The notes under the pieces: model-generated
What the model was told of the DNA's origin: nothing
The model's input: the letters and a program-made list of their open reading frames with translations, nothing else
Database searches by the model: none
NCBI GenBank assembly: GCA_963727825.1
Contig: CAVSHO010000011.1
Coordinates: 320,001-384,000 of the forward strand
From: Ignavibacteriota bacterium
Lineage (GTDB): Bacteria > Bacteroidota > Ignavibacteria > UBA10030
DNA: 64,000 nt
Reading direction: 5' to 3'
Position numbers and translations under genes: made by a program
In this document: positions 1-10,315 of the stretch, one piece after another
How the letters are laid out: each line of letters opens with the position of its first letter
Position numbering within the stretch: the first letter of the stretch is position 1

Positions 1-176
1 TGTTGCTGTTGTGACAGCGTCGAATCCGACCCAGCAACGAATTGATATACCTCGTCATTCGCTGCGGACGTATAGTTAGATGCTTCAGTTGGCATCTGGC
101 AGAAAAAAACCAGAGCGAACAGCGCACTACTCCACCATACACTTCCTATCCGAATAATGAATTTATGCGGAACCAC
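1..176 (-). CDS. Partial hypothetical exported protein (N-terminus only; runs off the left edge)
   Basis: Read manually. GTG at 176 follows an in-frame TAA and the frame is open to base 1: MVPHKFIIRIGSVWWSSALFALVFFCQMPTEAS..., a signal-peptide-like hydrophobic N-terminus. Confidence 0.45.
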   Translation of the reverse strand, partial: MVPHKFIIRIGSVWWSSALFALVFFCQMPTEASNYTSAANDEVYQFVAGSDSTLSQQQ

Positions 177-403
177 GAGCGCTCGTTAATCGTTCAATTA
201 ATAGATATTACTATTTAACAGCCAGTTCAGAATGGTCGCAACCGTTCGATATGGCTCCGGGAGGGTTTTAAATGAGGGTATATAAAAAAACCGATATTCA
301 TGATGCTAAATGCATTTTCTAATAGACATACTACTTAGCAAAAATTTAGCGAAAAGAAGTCGAAATTGCAAGCCCTGTTTAAGAACAAAATGACAATATT
401 TTG

Positions 404-772
404 CTATTGTTTACTTTGCTTGAACGCAAGCAGTATTGTTTTAACGTTCTCATATTCATTCTCTATTTCCGCCACACTGCTGCCTTCTGGGATCGATTTG
501 CCTGCACGTCCTATTTCTTCTAATTTCAGACAAAGTGCGCCTAGTTCTTTGGCACCAAGATTCAAACTGCTTCCTTTAAGCGTGTGTGCGGCAATCATCA
601 AAGCGGGGAAGGCTTGTGTAGTCAACGCCGATGCAATTGCCTGAATTTGTTTCGGTGTTTCATTTATATATATATCTATCAATTCAATAACAAATTCCGA
701 ATCTGTTTCCTGTTCCAATTCCTGCAGTCGTGTAAGAAGAGGATTCGAAGGTGTTGTGTCTGTTGTGGGCAT
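404..772 (-). CDS. Histidine phosphotransfer (HPt) domain protein
   Basis: AAHTLKGSSLNLGA is the canonical HPt motif; 122 aa, directly downstream of a hybrid kinase. Confidence 0.92.
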   Translation of the reverse strand: MPTTDTTPSNPLLTRLQELEQETDSEFVIELIDIYINETPKQIQAIASALTTQAFPALMIAAHTLKGSSLNLGAKELGALCLKLEEIGRAGKSIPEGSSVAEIENEYENVKTILLAFKQSKQ

Positions 773-784
773 ATTATTCTTTCG

Positions 785-3700
785 TTAGGATTGACCGTGA
801 ATTGTTTCATACCATTTTTTTATAATGCGTCTGACTTCATCGATAAGAATTGGTTTGCTCATATAGTCATTCATTCCAACTTCTATGCATTTTTCACGAT
901 CGCCCAGTATTGCATTCGCTGTCATCGCAATGATAATAGGTTGATTTGTCTTTGAAACATCAGTGCGGATACGCCGCGTCGCCTCATATCCATCCATCTC
1001 GGGCATTTGGATATCCATTAATACTATATCGTATTTCTTCTTGAGTGCTGCATTTAACGCTTCCAATCCATTATTCGCTATATCAACTTCCTCGCCAAGA
1101 ATTTTTAATACACGTACTATTAGTTTCTGATTAATGATATTGTCCTCCGCGATTAGGATATTCATTGGTGGGAGGGCAAGGCGCTTCTCCGGCGATGCAC
1201 CAATGACAGACGACGATAATGGCACACCCGTCAATTGTTTCACTATTGCAGCAAGCGCTTCGTATAATACACGGTGCCGAACGGGTTTTAGAACCACATG
1301 AAGAATTTCATTATTAGTTCTGACGATTTGGTCGCGTTTCGCTCGTAGAGCTAAAATAATGAACGCAACATCAGACTTTCCGTTTGCTCTGCGTATTTTT
1401 TCTTTTAAATGCATCCCGCTGTAATCTGTTGGTGTTTGCTCTGCAACCACGACATCGAACGACTGATTATCTTTAATGAAGGAAAGAGCTTCCTCTACCG
1501 TTGCAGCAGAACGTGTAATAAATCCCCATTCTAACAACAAGTTTTCTATTATTTGACGGCATGTTTTATTGTCATCGATAACTAATGCTTTCTTTGTTTT
1601 GTTGATCAAAGGCGGACACAAATTCTGTTCTTGCAAATCTTTGGTGTATTCAGATACGTTGATCGTAAAGCGGAATGTGCTGCCTTCCGTGGATTTGCTT
1701 TCAACCCAGATATGGCCATCGAGCAAAGCGACAGCGCGTGCACAGATAGCAAGTCCAAGTCCTGATCCGCCATATTTTCTAGTAGAAGACGAATCGATTT
1801 GAGAAAACGGTCTGAATAGTTTGTGAATTCGATCAGATGGAATGCCGATACCAGTGTCCTGTACAGAGAAAAGAAGTTCAACTTTACCGTCTTTCTCTGA
1901 GACCTTCGATACATTGATGTATATTTCGCCGTGTTCAGTAAATTTAACGGCATTGCTAACGAGATTTACAAGCACCTGCCGTAATCGTGTTGCATCAACC
2001 ACGACTACTTGCGGTATTTTTTCATCAATCCAATATACGAGATCAATGTTTTTTTGATCTGCTTGAATGGCATACAGATCAAAAGTTTCCTCGATACAGG
2101 TTTCAATGCGGAATGGATGTTCTTCCAATTCAATTTCGTTCGACTCAATTTTCGAGAAATCAAGAATATCGTTTATGACATTAAGCAAAGCATCTCCGCT
2201 CAATCGTATAGTTTCTACATATTCTTGTTGCTCGGCTGTGAGTTGAGTTTCAGCCAGTAGACTGATCGTTCCAATAATACCATTCATCGGTGTTCGTATT
2301 TCGTGACTCATATTGGCAAGAAATTCGCTTTTTGCTTTATTTGCAATTTCTGCCGCTTCCTTTGCTTGCCGAAGCTCTTCATGAGCCCGTTTGGATTCTG
2401 TAATATCTTGTGCAACAATTAACATCGCGCTGTGATCGTCAAAATCCAAATTATGCCAAGATAGATGAACATCAATTACGGTGCCATCTTTGAGGCAATG
2501 TTTACGTTCCGCTGTATCGGACTCTCTTGTTTTAATTGTTTTAAGTGCTTCCTGCAAACTATCGATATCTTCTGGAGAACTGAGATCCATTATGTTCATT
2601 GCAAGAAATTCTTCCCTTGAATATCCATAATGATTGATGGCTGCGTTATTCACTTCCAGAAATTTGTAGGATTCAAGATCAACTACCCCAGTGGGTATCG
2701 GATTGTTTTCGAAAAAAATACGGAATCGTTTTGCACTTGAGCGTATTGCCTGTTCCGCTTTCTTGTGTTCCGTAATATCACGGTAAGCACTAAGAATCAT
2801 TTTCCGATCATTATATTTTATCAATGAAGAAGACATTAAGAGAATTTTCTTCTCGCCGGATTTTGAACGAATCGTTATTTCAGATTCGAGACCTCTGTTG
2901 GCAATTAACAATTCTTTCTGATTAGAGAGTATCCTTCGATATTCGTCTTCAGTTGAAGAAAGTAACCTGTTGAAATCAGGATTGTCGTTTGCTTCATTCA
3001 AGGAATAGCCGGTGAGTTCTTCCATGCGATGATTAAATACTTCGAAGAATCCACTTTCATCGCTCAATGTAATTCCTTCATTTACCGTGTTGATAATAGT
3101 CAATAATTTACGTTCACTTTCAGCAACACGTTCATCAATACGTTTTTTTTCGGTGATGTCGCGAGCCACGACAGAAAATCCTGTAATCTTTTCGCTTTGA
3201 AACAGCAAGTACACATTCTGCCCGAGCCAAACAATACTGCCATCTTTTGCCAGAGCTGGAACTTCATGAGATGTTATCGGTATCCTTTTGAGAAACTGTA
3301 CACTATAATATTTTTCAACAGACTTACGATACGACGGATGAACCAACTCACGGTAGTGATGACCAATGAGCTCGTTTTGATCATATTTAAGCAACCGGGT
3401 TGCAGCAGGATTGAAGAATGTGATAAAACCGTCTTTGTCTGTCCGATAAATGAGTTCATTTGCAGAATCAATAATATGTTTATATTCTTGCTGGCTGTTC
3501 CGCAACTCTTGCTCAATGCGTTTATTTTCTGCCAATTTTTTTCCCAACGTGCGAACATTACGGCGCAATTCAAGCTGCGATACTACAAGATGGCTCAATT
3601 CTTTAAGAGCAGACTGTTGTTTCTCTGTCAATGTACGAGGCTTTGTATCTAAGATACAAAGTGTGCCAAGTATATTTCCTTGTGGACTTATAAGCGGTGC

Positions 3701-4024
3701 CCCGGCATAAAAACGAAACTTTGGACATTGCATTACAATCGGTAAAGACGAGAAGCGATCATCTTTTTCCGTATTCTCAATAAGAAATAATTCTTTTTGT
3801 TTTATCGCTTCATCACAGAACGATTGACTGCGCTGCATTTCTTGTCCATCAAATCCTATTTTCGATTTGAACCACACTCTTTCCGCATCCACGAGGCTGA
3901 TAAGTGCAATTGGCACAGCACAAATTTGCGACGCAATAGATGTTATCGTATCAAATTCAGCTTCAGGTTGAGTATCAAGAATTTCATAGTCGTGAAGTTC
4001 TTGAAGTCGCTCTTTTTCGTTCAT
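785..4024 (-). CDS. Hybrid sensor histidine kinase GAF-3xPAS-HisKA-HATPase-REC(degenerate)-REC
   Basis: N-terminal GAF (ILDT...FYAGAPL), three PAS/PAC units, H-box FLANMSHEIRTPMNG, N-box NLVSNAVKFT, G-boxes DTGIG and GSGLGL, terminal receiver IVLMDIQMPEMDG. Confidence 0.95.
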   Translation of the reverse strand: MNEKERLQELHDYEILDTQPEAEFDTITSIASQICAVPIALISLVDAERVWFKSKIGFDGQEMQRSQSFCDEAIKQKELFLIENTEKDDRFSSLPIVMQCPKFRFYAGAPLISPQGNILGTLCILDTKPRTLTEKQQSALKELSHLVVSQLELRRNVRTLGKKLAENKRIEQELRNSQQEYKHIIDSANELIYRTDKDGFITFFNPAATRLLKYDQNELIGHHYRELVHPSYRKSVEKYYSVQFLKRIPITSHEVPALAKDGSIVWLGQNVYLLFQSEKITGFSVVARDITEKKRIDERVAESERKLLTIINTVNEGITLSDESGFFEVFNHRMEELTGYSLNEANDNPDFNRLLSSTEDEYRRILSNQKELLIANRGLESEITIRSKSGEKKILLMSSSLIKYNDRKMILSAYRDITEHKKAEQAIRSSAKRFRIFFENNPIPTGVVDLESYKFLEVNNAAINHYGYSREEFLAMNIMDLSSPEDIDSLQEALKTIKTRESDTAERKHCLKDGTVIDVHLSWHNLDFDDHSAMLIVAQDITESKRAHEELRQAKEAAEIANKAKSEFLANMSHEIRTPMNGIIGTISLLAETQLTAEQQEYVETIRLSGDALLNVINDILDFSKIESNEIELEEHPFRIETCIEETFDLYAIQADQKNIDLVYWIDEKIPQVVVVDATRLRQVLVNLVSNAVKFTEHGEIYINVSKVSEKDGKVELLFSVQDTGIGIPSDRIHKLFRPFSQIDSSSTRKYGGSGLGLAICARAVALLDGHIWVESKSTEGSTFRFTINVSEYTKDLQEQNLCPPLINKTKKALVIDDNKTCRQIIENLLLEWGFITRSAATVEEALSFIKDNQSFDVVVAEQTPTDYSGMHLKEKIRRANGKSDVAFIILALRAKRDQIVRTNNEILHVVLKPVRHRVLYEALAAIVKQLTGVPLSSSVIGASPEKRLALPPMNILIAEDNIINQKLIVRVLKILGEEVDIANNGLEALNAALKKKYDIVLMDIQMPEMDGYEATRRIRTDVSKTNQPIIIAMTANAILGDREKCIEVGMNDYMSKPILIDEVRRIIKKWYETIHGQS

Positions 4025-4122
4025 TTTTTTAATTATTTTTTTCTGTCATCAAGTAATCTCTTGACAATGGCCACTGGAATAAAGTGTCAAGAGTTGATTC
4101 TCTGCATTTTAGCGATATTGAT

Positions 4123-6507
4123 TCAATGTCGACGTTTATTATTTCTTTGACCTTTTGGTACCGCTATTCCTTTGATCATTCCAGCCCGCTTCTTTGGTGT
4201 AATATCGCGTTGTGTTCCCCAAACACGCACAAGTTTTTCTCTTTCAACAACACCGATCATATTATTCAACAAATATTTCGATTTTCCTTCCTTGTCAATT
4301 TTGTGAGAAGTAGCATCGACAAGCCGATAATTCGAGCGAATAAACGAGCGTAAATATTCAATATTTGCCGGATCTGACGGATCAAGCAGATCTTTCACTT
4401 TCGTTCCGAGAAGCTGTTCGGCAGATTCAAGACCATACATTCTTGCCATCATATCGTTACATTCTGTTAAATAACCAGTTTCCATTAAGTATTTAATTTG
4501 TCTTTCTTCGGATAAACTGATAGGCATCGGCTCAGGCGATTCAAAGCACCAGATTGCCTCGGCACTTTGTTCGATAAATGCACGGAACCGTTCTTCACTG
4601 ATTCGCAATGCTTCCTGCACATTCTTCAATTCTGTGATATCTGTAATCGTTCCTTCATAATATAGAATATCACCAAGTCGGCTCCGGACTACTCGTGCAT
4701 TTTCTAATACATCGATGATTTGACCATCTTTCCGCCGGAGTTTAAACTCAGCGTTTTTAATCCGTTCCCCCTTATTGAGAAGTTCTAAGTACCGCCGCCG
4801 TTCTTCTGAATCAACGAAGAGCTCTTTCTCAATATTGAGAAGCAACAAATCGATTTCAGATTCGTACCCAAGCATTCGAGCCAATGCAGGATTTGCTGTT
4901 AATATTTCCCCATCTGGAGTAGTTTGATAGACGCCGTCTAACACGTTTTCTATCAACGTTCGGTATTTTGCTTCCGAACCACGAATGGCTTGTTCTGCTT
5001 TAATTCGCTCCGTTACATCTCGCAGTACAACTTGAATAGCGAATTTTCCTTGCCACAAAAATGGCATCGCTGCGACCTCTGCTTCAAATGTTGTCCCATC
5101 CAACCGGATAAATTTCTCTTCAATAGTTGGTACACGTTTTCCCTGCTTTGACATTTGCAGGATCCGATCTTTAACAATGACACGATAATCTGGATGAACC
5201 ATTTCTACGACTGACCGCCCAACCAAATCGTCCGGTGACTTGCCCGCAAATATTTGTACCGCGGCAGTGTTGACAAATACTAACTTGCCGCCGGTATGAA
5301 CAATAATTGGGTCGGGTGAGAGTTCAACAAGTGTACGGTATCGTTCCTCGCTCTCGCGTAATGCTTGTTCAGCGCGATTTTTTTCTGTAATATCACGCGA
5401 TACTCCCATTACACCGATCATGTCACCTTTTGCATTTCTTAGAACGGAAGCCGATAGTAAACTCCGGAATAACTCGCCATTTTTTCGTTTGTTCACGACT
5501 TCCTGAACGCAGCGACCTTGTTCCACCGTCGTTTTGTGTACCTTATTGCTTTCCTCAGGATTAGCAAATAAGATGCTTATATGTTTTCCTAAAACTTCTT
5601 TGATACTATAACCGAACGTCTCTTCAGCGGCTTTATTAAACTCGATAATATTACGATTTTTATCATTTGCAATAATCATATCGAGTGAACTGTTGATAAT
5701 ATTTTGTGCGTATTCCTGCGATGTTTTCAGCGCTTCTTGAACTCGTTTTCGTTCCGTAACATCCTGAAAAACTAGCACAACCCCAACTATCTTTCCAAGT
5801 TCATCTATAATTGGTGATGCACTCTCATCAATTGGAATTTCTTTCCCTTCGCGCGAGATAAGTGTTGCATGGTTTTTCAATACCGCAGTAATTCTATTCT
5901 TTAAAATTTGGTCTACCGGGTTTGTAAAGTTAAGCTCAATTGATTTTTCTGCAGTACGGAATACTTTCAGCAAATCTTTTCCAAGTGATTCGTTAATTTT
6001 CCAACCAGTAAGATTTTCCGCTGCAGTATTCATAAACTTGATTGTGCCCGACGTATCTGTAGAAATGACAGCTTCGCCAATACTTCGTAGCGTTGTACCG
6101 TACCAAGTTTCATTCTCTTTGAACTTCCGTTCTAATTCCCTTCTGTAGAGAGCCATCTCGATAGTCGTATGAAGTTCTCTCTCTTCAAATGGTTTAAGGA
6201 GGTATCCGAACGGTTCTATTGTACTGGCACGCTTGAGTGAATCGTTATCTGCATATGCACTAATGAAGACAACTGCAATTCCGTGTTGAAACCGAAGTGC
6301 TGAAGCCGTTTCAATTCCATCCATCCCGCCCTTCAATCGGAGATCCATTAATACTAAATCAGGTGATGTAGCAATTGCTTTCTTAACTGCTTCTTCACCT
6401 GTCGAAACGATATCCACAATGTTATATCCAAGATTCACTAATCGTTTCTGAATATCTTTCGCAACGATGTTTTCATCTTCAACGATTAATATTTTAGGAT
6501 TCACCAT
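4123..6507 (-). CDS. Response regulator receiver plus five PAS domains, no output domain
   Basis: ILIVEDE...LVLMDLRL receiver, then five PAS/PAC repeats each closing in DIT/DVT; ends about 20 aa after the last PAC. Confidence 0.88.
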   Translation of the reverse strand: MVNPKILIVEDENIVAKDIQKRLVNLGYNIVDIVSTGEEAVKKAIATSPDLVLMDLRLKGGMDGIETASALRFQHGIAVVFISAYADNDSLKRASTIEPFGYLLKPFEERELHTTIEMALYRRELERKFKENETWYGTTLRSIGEAVISTDTSGTIKFMNTAAENLTGWKINESLGKDLLKVFRTAEKSIELNFTNPVDQILKNRITAVLKNHATLISREGKEIPIDESASPIIDELGKIVGVVLVFQDVTERKRVQEALKTSQEYAQNIINSSLDMIIANDKNRNIIEFNKAAEETFGYSIKEVLGKHISILFANPEESNKVHKTTVEQGRCVQEVVNKRKNGELFRSLLSASVLRNAKGDMIGVMGVSRDITEKNRAEQALRESEERYRTLVELSPDPIIVHTGGKLVFVNTAAVQIFAGKSPDDLVGRSVVEMVHPDYRVIVKDRILQMSKQGKRVPTIEEKFIRLDGTTFEAEVAAMPFLWQGKFAIQVVLRDVTERIKAEQAIRGSEAKYRTLIENVLDGVYQTTPDGEILTANPALARMLGYESEIDLLLLNIEKELFVDSEERRRYLELLNKGERIKNAEFKLRRKDGQIIDVLENARVVRSRLGDILYYEGTITDITELKNVQEALRISEERFRAFIEQSAEAIWCFESPEPMPISLSEERQIKYLMETGYLTECNDMMARMYGLESAEQLLGTKVKDLLDPSDPANIEYLRSFIRSNYRLVDATSHKIDKEGKSKYLLNNMIGVVEREKLVRVWGTQRDITPKKRAGMIKGIAVPKGQRNNKRRH

Positions 6508-6737
6508 TATTTATGCCGTCCTTCTCATAGTGCCACGAGTTCAACCTTTATATATCTTGGAATTGAGTGTCGAGATGATTTGCTGTTGCGCAATAAATGA
6601 GCTTACAATCACAAGTACTTCAGTGCGATTCTTAATCATTATAATTCATTTTCGAGCAAGGAATACCTCTACAGCACAACTACCCTATACATTTGAAATA
6701 TACTTACCATCAAGGGCAAAGGCAATATATAAGAAAC

Positions 6738-6766
6738 TTGTAAAGAGCAGACATTCTCGTTATATT
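6738..6766 (+). promoter_or_regulatory. Putative sigma70 promoter of lptF-lptG
   Basis: TTGTAA (6738-6743), 17 nt, TATATT (6761-6766); ATG follows 8 nt later. Confidence 0.5.
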
Positions 6767-6774
6767 TCGATTAG

Positions 6775-8145
6775 ATGTTTATATTATGGCGACATATCCT
6801 CCGTGTGCACATCGGACCATTTATCTTTTCCGTAGTCTTGATGATGTGTATATTTCTGCTCCAATTCCTTATGAAATTCCTCGACCAGTTAACTGGAAAA
6901 GGATTAAGTGCAGCAGTTATTGCTGAATTAATTACACTCAACCTGGCATGGATGCTTGTATTAGCAGTACCGATGGGTGTGCTTGTAGCGACATTAATGG
7001 CATTTGGAGGATTAGCATCTACAAGCCAGATTACCGCAATGCGGGCAAGCGGTGTAAGTCTTTATCGAATGATTGCGCCGATAATTTGCGCTTCCGTTGT
7101 AATTTGTCTTCTTCTGATCAGCTTCAATAACGATGTATTACCCGATGCCAATCACCGCACGAAAGTATTAACAAACGATATTTCTCATAAGAAACCAACC
7201 TTGACTTTAGTACCCGGAATGTTCATCCAATTAGTGCAAGGACACAGTATTTTAGTCAGAAAAACATTCGAGCATTCCAACGATCTTGAAGGTGTAACAA
7301 TTCTCGACTACTCCGATCCAATGATGACTTCCACTATTACAGCGCACCATGGAACGATTTCCTTCTCCACCGATTATCGAAAACTTGTAATGGATTTATC
7401 GGACGGTGAAATTCATCAAGTTAATAATCAAATCAAAAGCCAGTATCGCGTTATCCGATTTCAAAAACATAGAATTGTAATGGATGCAGAGGGATTCAAC
7501 TTCCAGCGTTCGCGCGAAACAGATATTTCGCGTGGTGGCCGTGAGATGAGCGTACAAATGATGTCGCATTATGTGGACAGCATTCGAACATTACAAGTTA
7601 ATACAGAACATCATTTATATGAACTCACAGGCAAGCGGCAGGAGGATATTCTAAATGTCAAGAACTCCATTGAGCCCTCCGTGATTTTTACGTCACCCCT
7701 TAATGGAATAAAGGCAGATCCATCGAAACAAGCTGCAATTCGTTCTGATCTTTTTAATATTAATATTTATGAGCGGATAATTCGTTCATATTTAGTAGAA
7801 ATTCATAAAAAATTTTCTATTCCATTTGCTTGTATAATTTTTGTATTTATTGGTGCACCTCTTGGTATTATGTCGCGGCGTGGAACATTCGGCATGAGTG
7901 CAAGTCTTAGTTTGGGGTTTTTTACATTTTATTGGGCGTGCCTGAGGGGGGGCGAGAATCTCGCTGACCGGGGCTACTTTGATCCTTGGGTCGGAATGTG
8001 GGTCGCAAATATTGTTTTGGGGATCATTGGATTGTACCTGACTGTGCGAACAGCAAGAGAGAACCCCACTATTGATTGGTCGCGACTCGCCCGATTGGTT
8101 CCAAAATCGTGGCGATCAGACTCTCGCTCACCGGAGGAAACATGA
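6775..8145 (+). CDS. lptF: LptF/LptG family LPS export permease
   Basis: 3+3 TM layout, QITAMRASGVSL motif, EIHKKFSIPFAC; paired with a second family member. The F versus G assignment is by gene order. Confidence 0.88.
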   Translation: MFILWRHILRVHIGPFIFSVVLMMCIFLLQFLMKFLDQLTGKGLSAAVIAELITLNLAWMLVLAVPMGVLVATLMAFGGLASTSQITAMRASGVSLYRMIAPIICASVVICLLLISFNNDVLPDANHRTKVLTNDISHKKPTLTLVPGMFIQLVQGHSILVRKTFEHSNDLEGVTILDYSDPMMTSTITAHHGTISFSTDYRKLVMDLSDGEIHQVNNQIKSQYRVIRFQKHRIVMDAEGFNFQRSRETDISRGGREMSVQMMSHYVDSIRTLQVNTEHHLYELTGKRQEDILNVKNSIEPSVIFTSPLNGIKADPSKQAAIRSDLFNINIYERIIRSYLVEIHKKFSIPFACIIFVFIGAPLGIMSRRGTFGMSASLSLGFFTFYWACLRGGENLADRGYFDPWVGMWVANIVLGIIGLYLTVRTARENPTIDWSRLARLVPKSWRSDSRSPEET

Positions 8146-9245
8146 AGATACTCGACCGATACATCATTCGGCAGTTTCTTGTAGTATTTCTTTTCGGTTT
8201 ACTGGCATTCATTTGTATTTTCATTATTATAGATATGATGGAGAAGTTGGATGACTTCATTGACGCACAAGCTCCAACGAGTATTGTTGTTCAGTACTAC
8301 ATTGCATCAATTCCTGATATTGTCAAACTGATGATTCCTGTCGCCGTACTACTTTCGGTATTGTTTGTAACTGGCAGACTTTCTAGCCAGAACGAACTTG
8401 CTGCAATCAAATCCAGCGGAACCAGTTTGTATCGAATCATGGCACCTTTCCTAGTTGTAACACTTATCATTTGTTTTGCTTCCATCTACCTCAGCGGGTG
8501 GGCAGTTCCATATGCCAATCAGAAAAAATTCTATATTGAACGAACTCACTTGAACCGTTCCAAACAAGCAAATGTACGATACAATATTCTTTTTCAAGAA
8601 GGCAGAACACGCATCGTTTCAATCAATAACTACGATACACAAGCCAAATGCGCACGACTGATTAGCATCCAGGATTTCGACAGCAATGATATAACAATCT
8701 TACGGCATAGATACGATGCACTTCAAATGCAATGGATACAACCCAGCGGAGATGATGTACAAAAAGGGGACTGGGTTCTACTCCATGGAACTACACGTAG
8801 TTTCTCTGATTCCACACAGACTCTTGAGTCATTCGACAGTTTGATGGTTGGGAAGCTCTCGTTAACACCTTCCGATATAGAAAAAAAGCAACGGACGCCT
8901 GATGAAATGGATTATTATGAATTGCGGGAATTTATTGCAAATCAGCAACGTGCAGGACAGGATGTAGCACGGTGGTTAGTAGAGTATCATTTCAAGCTCG
9001 CATTCCCATTTGCAAATATTATTATGGTGCTCTTCGGTGTTCCGTTTGCAGCAAGCAGGCCCCGTACTGGTGCTGCACTTGGATTCGGAATTGCTACAGC
9101 AGTTACTTTTATTTACCTAGGGTTTATGAAAGCTAGTCAAGTATTTGGTTATAACGGCGATCTCAACCCCCTTTTTACTGCTTGGTTAGCAAATATCATT
9201 TTTCTTGCAGCTGGCATCGCTAATCTCTTTAGAATTCAAAAATAG
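8142..9245 (+). CDS. lptG: LptF/LptG family LPS export permease
   Basis: Start refined to ATG 8142 (ATGA overlap with upstream stop, GGAGG RBS); MKILDRYI, NELAAIKSSGTSL, KLAFPFA, AWLANIIF. Confidence 0.88.
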   Translation: MKILDRYIIRQFLVVFLFGLLAFICIFIIIDMMEKLDDFIDAQAPTSIVVQYYIASIPDIVKLMIPVAVLLSVLFVTGRLSSQNELAAIKSSGTSLYRIMAPFLVVTLIICFASIYLSGWAVPYANQKKFYIERTHLNRSKQANVRYNILFQEGRTRIVSINNYDTQAKCARLISIQDFDSNDITILRHRYDALQMQWIQPSGDDVQKGDWVLLHGTTRSFSDSTQTLESFDSLMVGKLSLTPSDIEKKQRTPDEMDYYELREFIANQQRAGQDVARWLVEYHFKLAFPFANIIMVLFGVPFAASRPRTGAALGFGIATAVTFIYLGFMKASQVFGYNGDLNPLFTAWLANIIFLAAGIANLFRIQK

Positions 9246-9316
9246 CTTTTATCTCTGAAGAATAATTATGAACGCATATTTATTATCTTTTACTATCCTC
9301 TGAATTCTTGCCTCTT

Positions 9317-9718
9317 CTATTTCAATCTTTTTTTCCGCGCTTGATGTTTGTTATACGCTTGTTCTACCATTACAGGAAGTCGCAGGGAATCCAACTCACC
9401 TTTAACGAAATATTCTGATGCTCCCCATTTATACGCTTCTTCATAAACCTCTTCCGACCCATAGCCAGTTATTAGAATTACGGGAACATCCATTTTTTTC
9501 CCATACATCCACTGTAAGACATTAATACCGCTCGTGCCCTCCATTTTATAATCTAAGAGTATAATATCGAATTGTTCCTTTTGCAAGTGAGAAAACGTTT
9601 TCTCTGCTGACTCGCAAATAACTACAGAATGTCCGCGTACGGTAAGAGCTTTTTTTAGGAGGGCGCTATAGGGGTGATCATCATCCACTACAAGTATATG
9701 AAGTGATTGTGTATTCAT
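9317..9718 (-). CDS. Single-domain response regulator
   Basis: ILVVDDD, IILLDYKM, ITGYG, YFVK receiver motifs; no output domain. Confidence 0.9.
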   Translation of the reverse strand: MNTQSLHILVVDDDHPYSALLKKALTVRGHSVVICESAEKTFSHLQKEQFDIILLDYKMEGTSGINVLQWMYGKKMDVPVILITGYGSEEVYEEAYKWGASEYFVKGELDSLRLPVMVEQAYNKHQARKKRLK

Positions 9719-9910
9719 AGCTACATTAATGACCGAAGGTAAATATGCACTTATTTATATTTAATAGTGTGCGATAAACCAAGGAAAACGCTAATTCATT
9801 TTCGTTAAGATATTTCACCGTGTCGAATTTATATATCTGGTGCTCAGCGCGATATCAAGCACATAGCACTTGGGTAAAAAAAAGAGGATAATATCTTGGA
9901 TAATACTAGT

Positions 9911-10315
9911 TTATTCTGATCTTCGTTGACGTTCTGAGCTTACCTGTTTATATACTTTAAGGACAAGTTCTGGAAGCTGAGACATATCTGACTTTCCTTT
10001 TACAAAATAATCCTTTGCTCCCCATTTCCAAGCTTCAAGAGCAATTTCTTCCGAACCATAGCCTGTAATAATTATTACCGGAATATCCATTTTCATTCCG
10101 TACATCCATTGCAGTACATTGATACCGCTTGTTCCAGGCATTTTATAATCAAGAAGCACAACATCATACTTATTCTTTTGGAGCAGACTAATCGCATCAT
10201 CTCCTGTCTCGCAAGATTCAGTGTTATGTCCACATCCTTTTAGCGTTTGTGTGAGAACAATTCGATATGTAGGTTCATCATCTACAATAAGCACATTTAA
10301 TAATTGTTCGGTCAT
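9911..10315 (-). CDS. Single-domain response regulator (paralog of neighbour)
   Basis: Start refined to ATG 10315 (GGAG upstream); VLIVDDE, VLLDYKMP, ITGYG, YFVK. Confidence 0.9.
   Translation of the reverse strand: MTEQLLNVLIVDDEPTYRIVLTQTLKGCGHNTESCETGDDAISLLQKNKYDVVLLDYKMPGTSGINVLQWMYGMKMDIPVIIITGYGSEEIALEAWKWGAKDYFVKGKSDMSQLPELVLKVYKQVSSERQRRSE

Noticed and set aside
220-257. Imperfect hairpin upstream of the left-edge gene, considered as a riboswitch
   Set aside because: No recognisable aptamer motif, and the stem has a C-A mismatch on the strand that would be transcribed.
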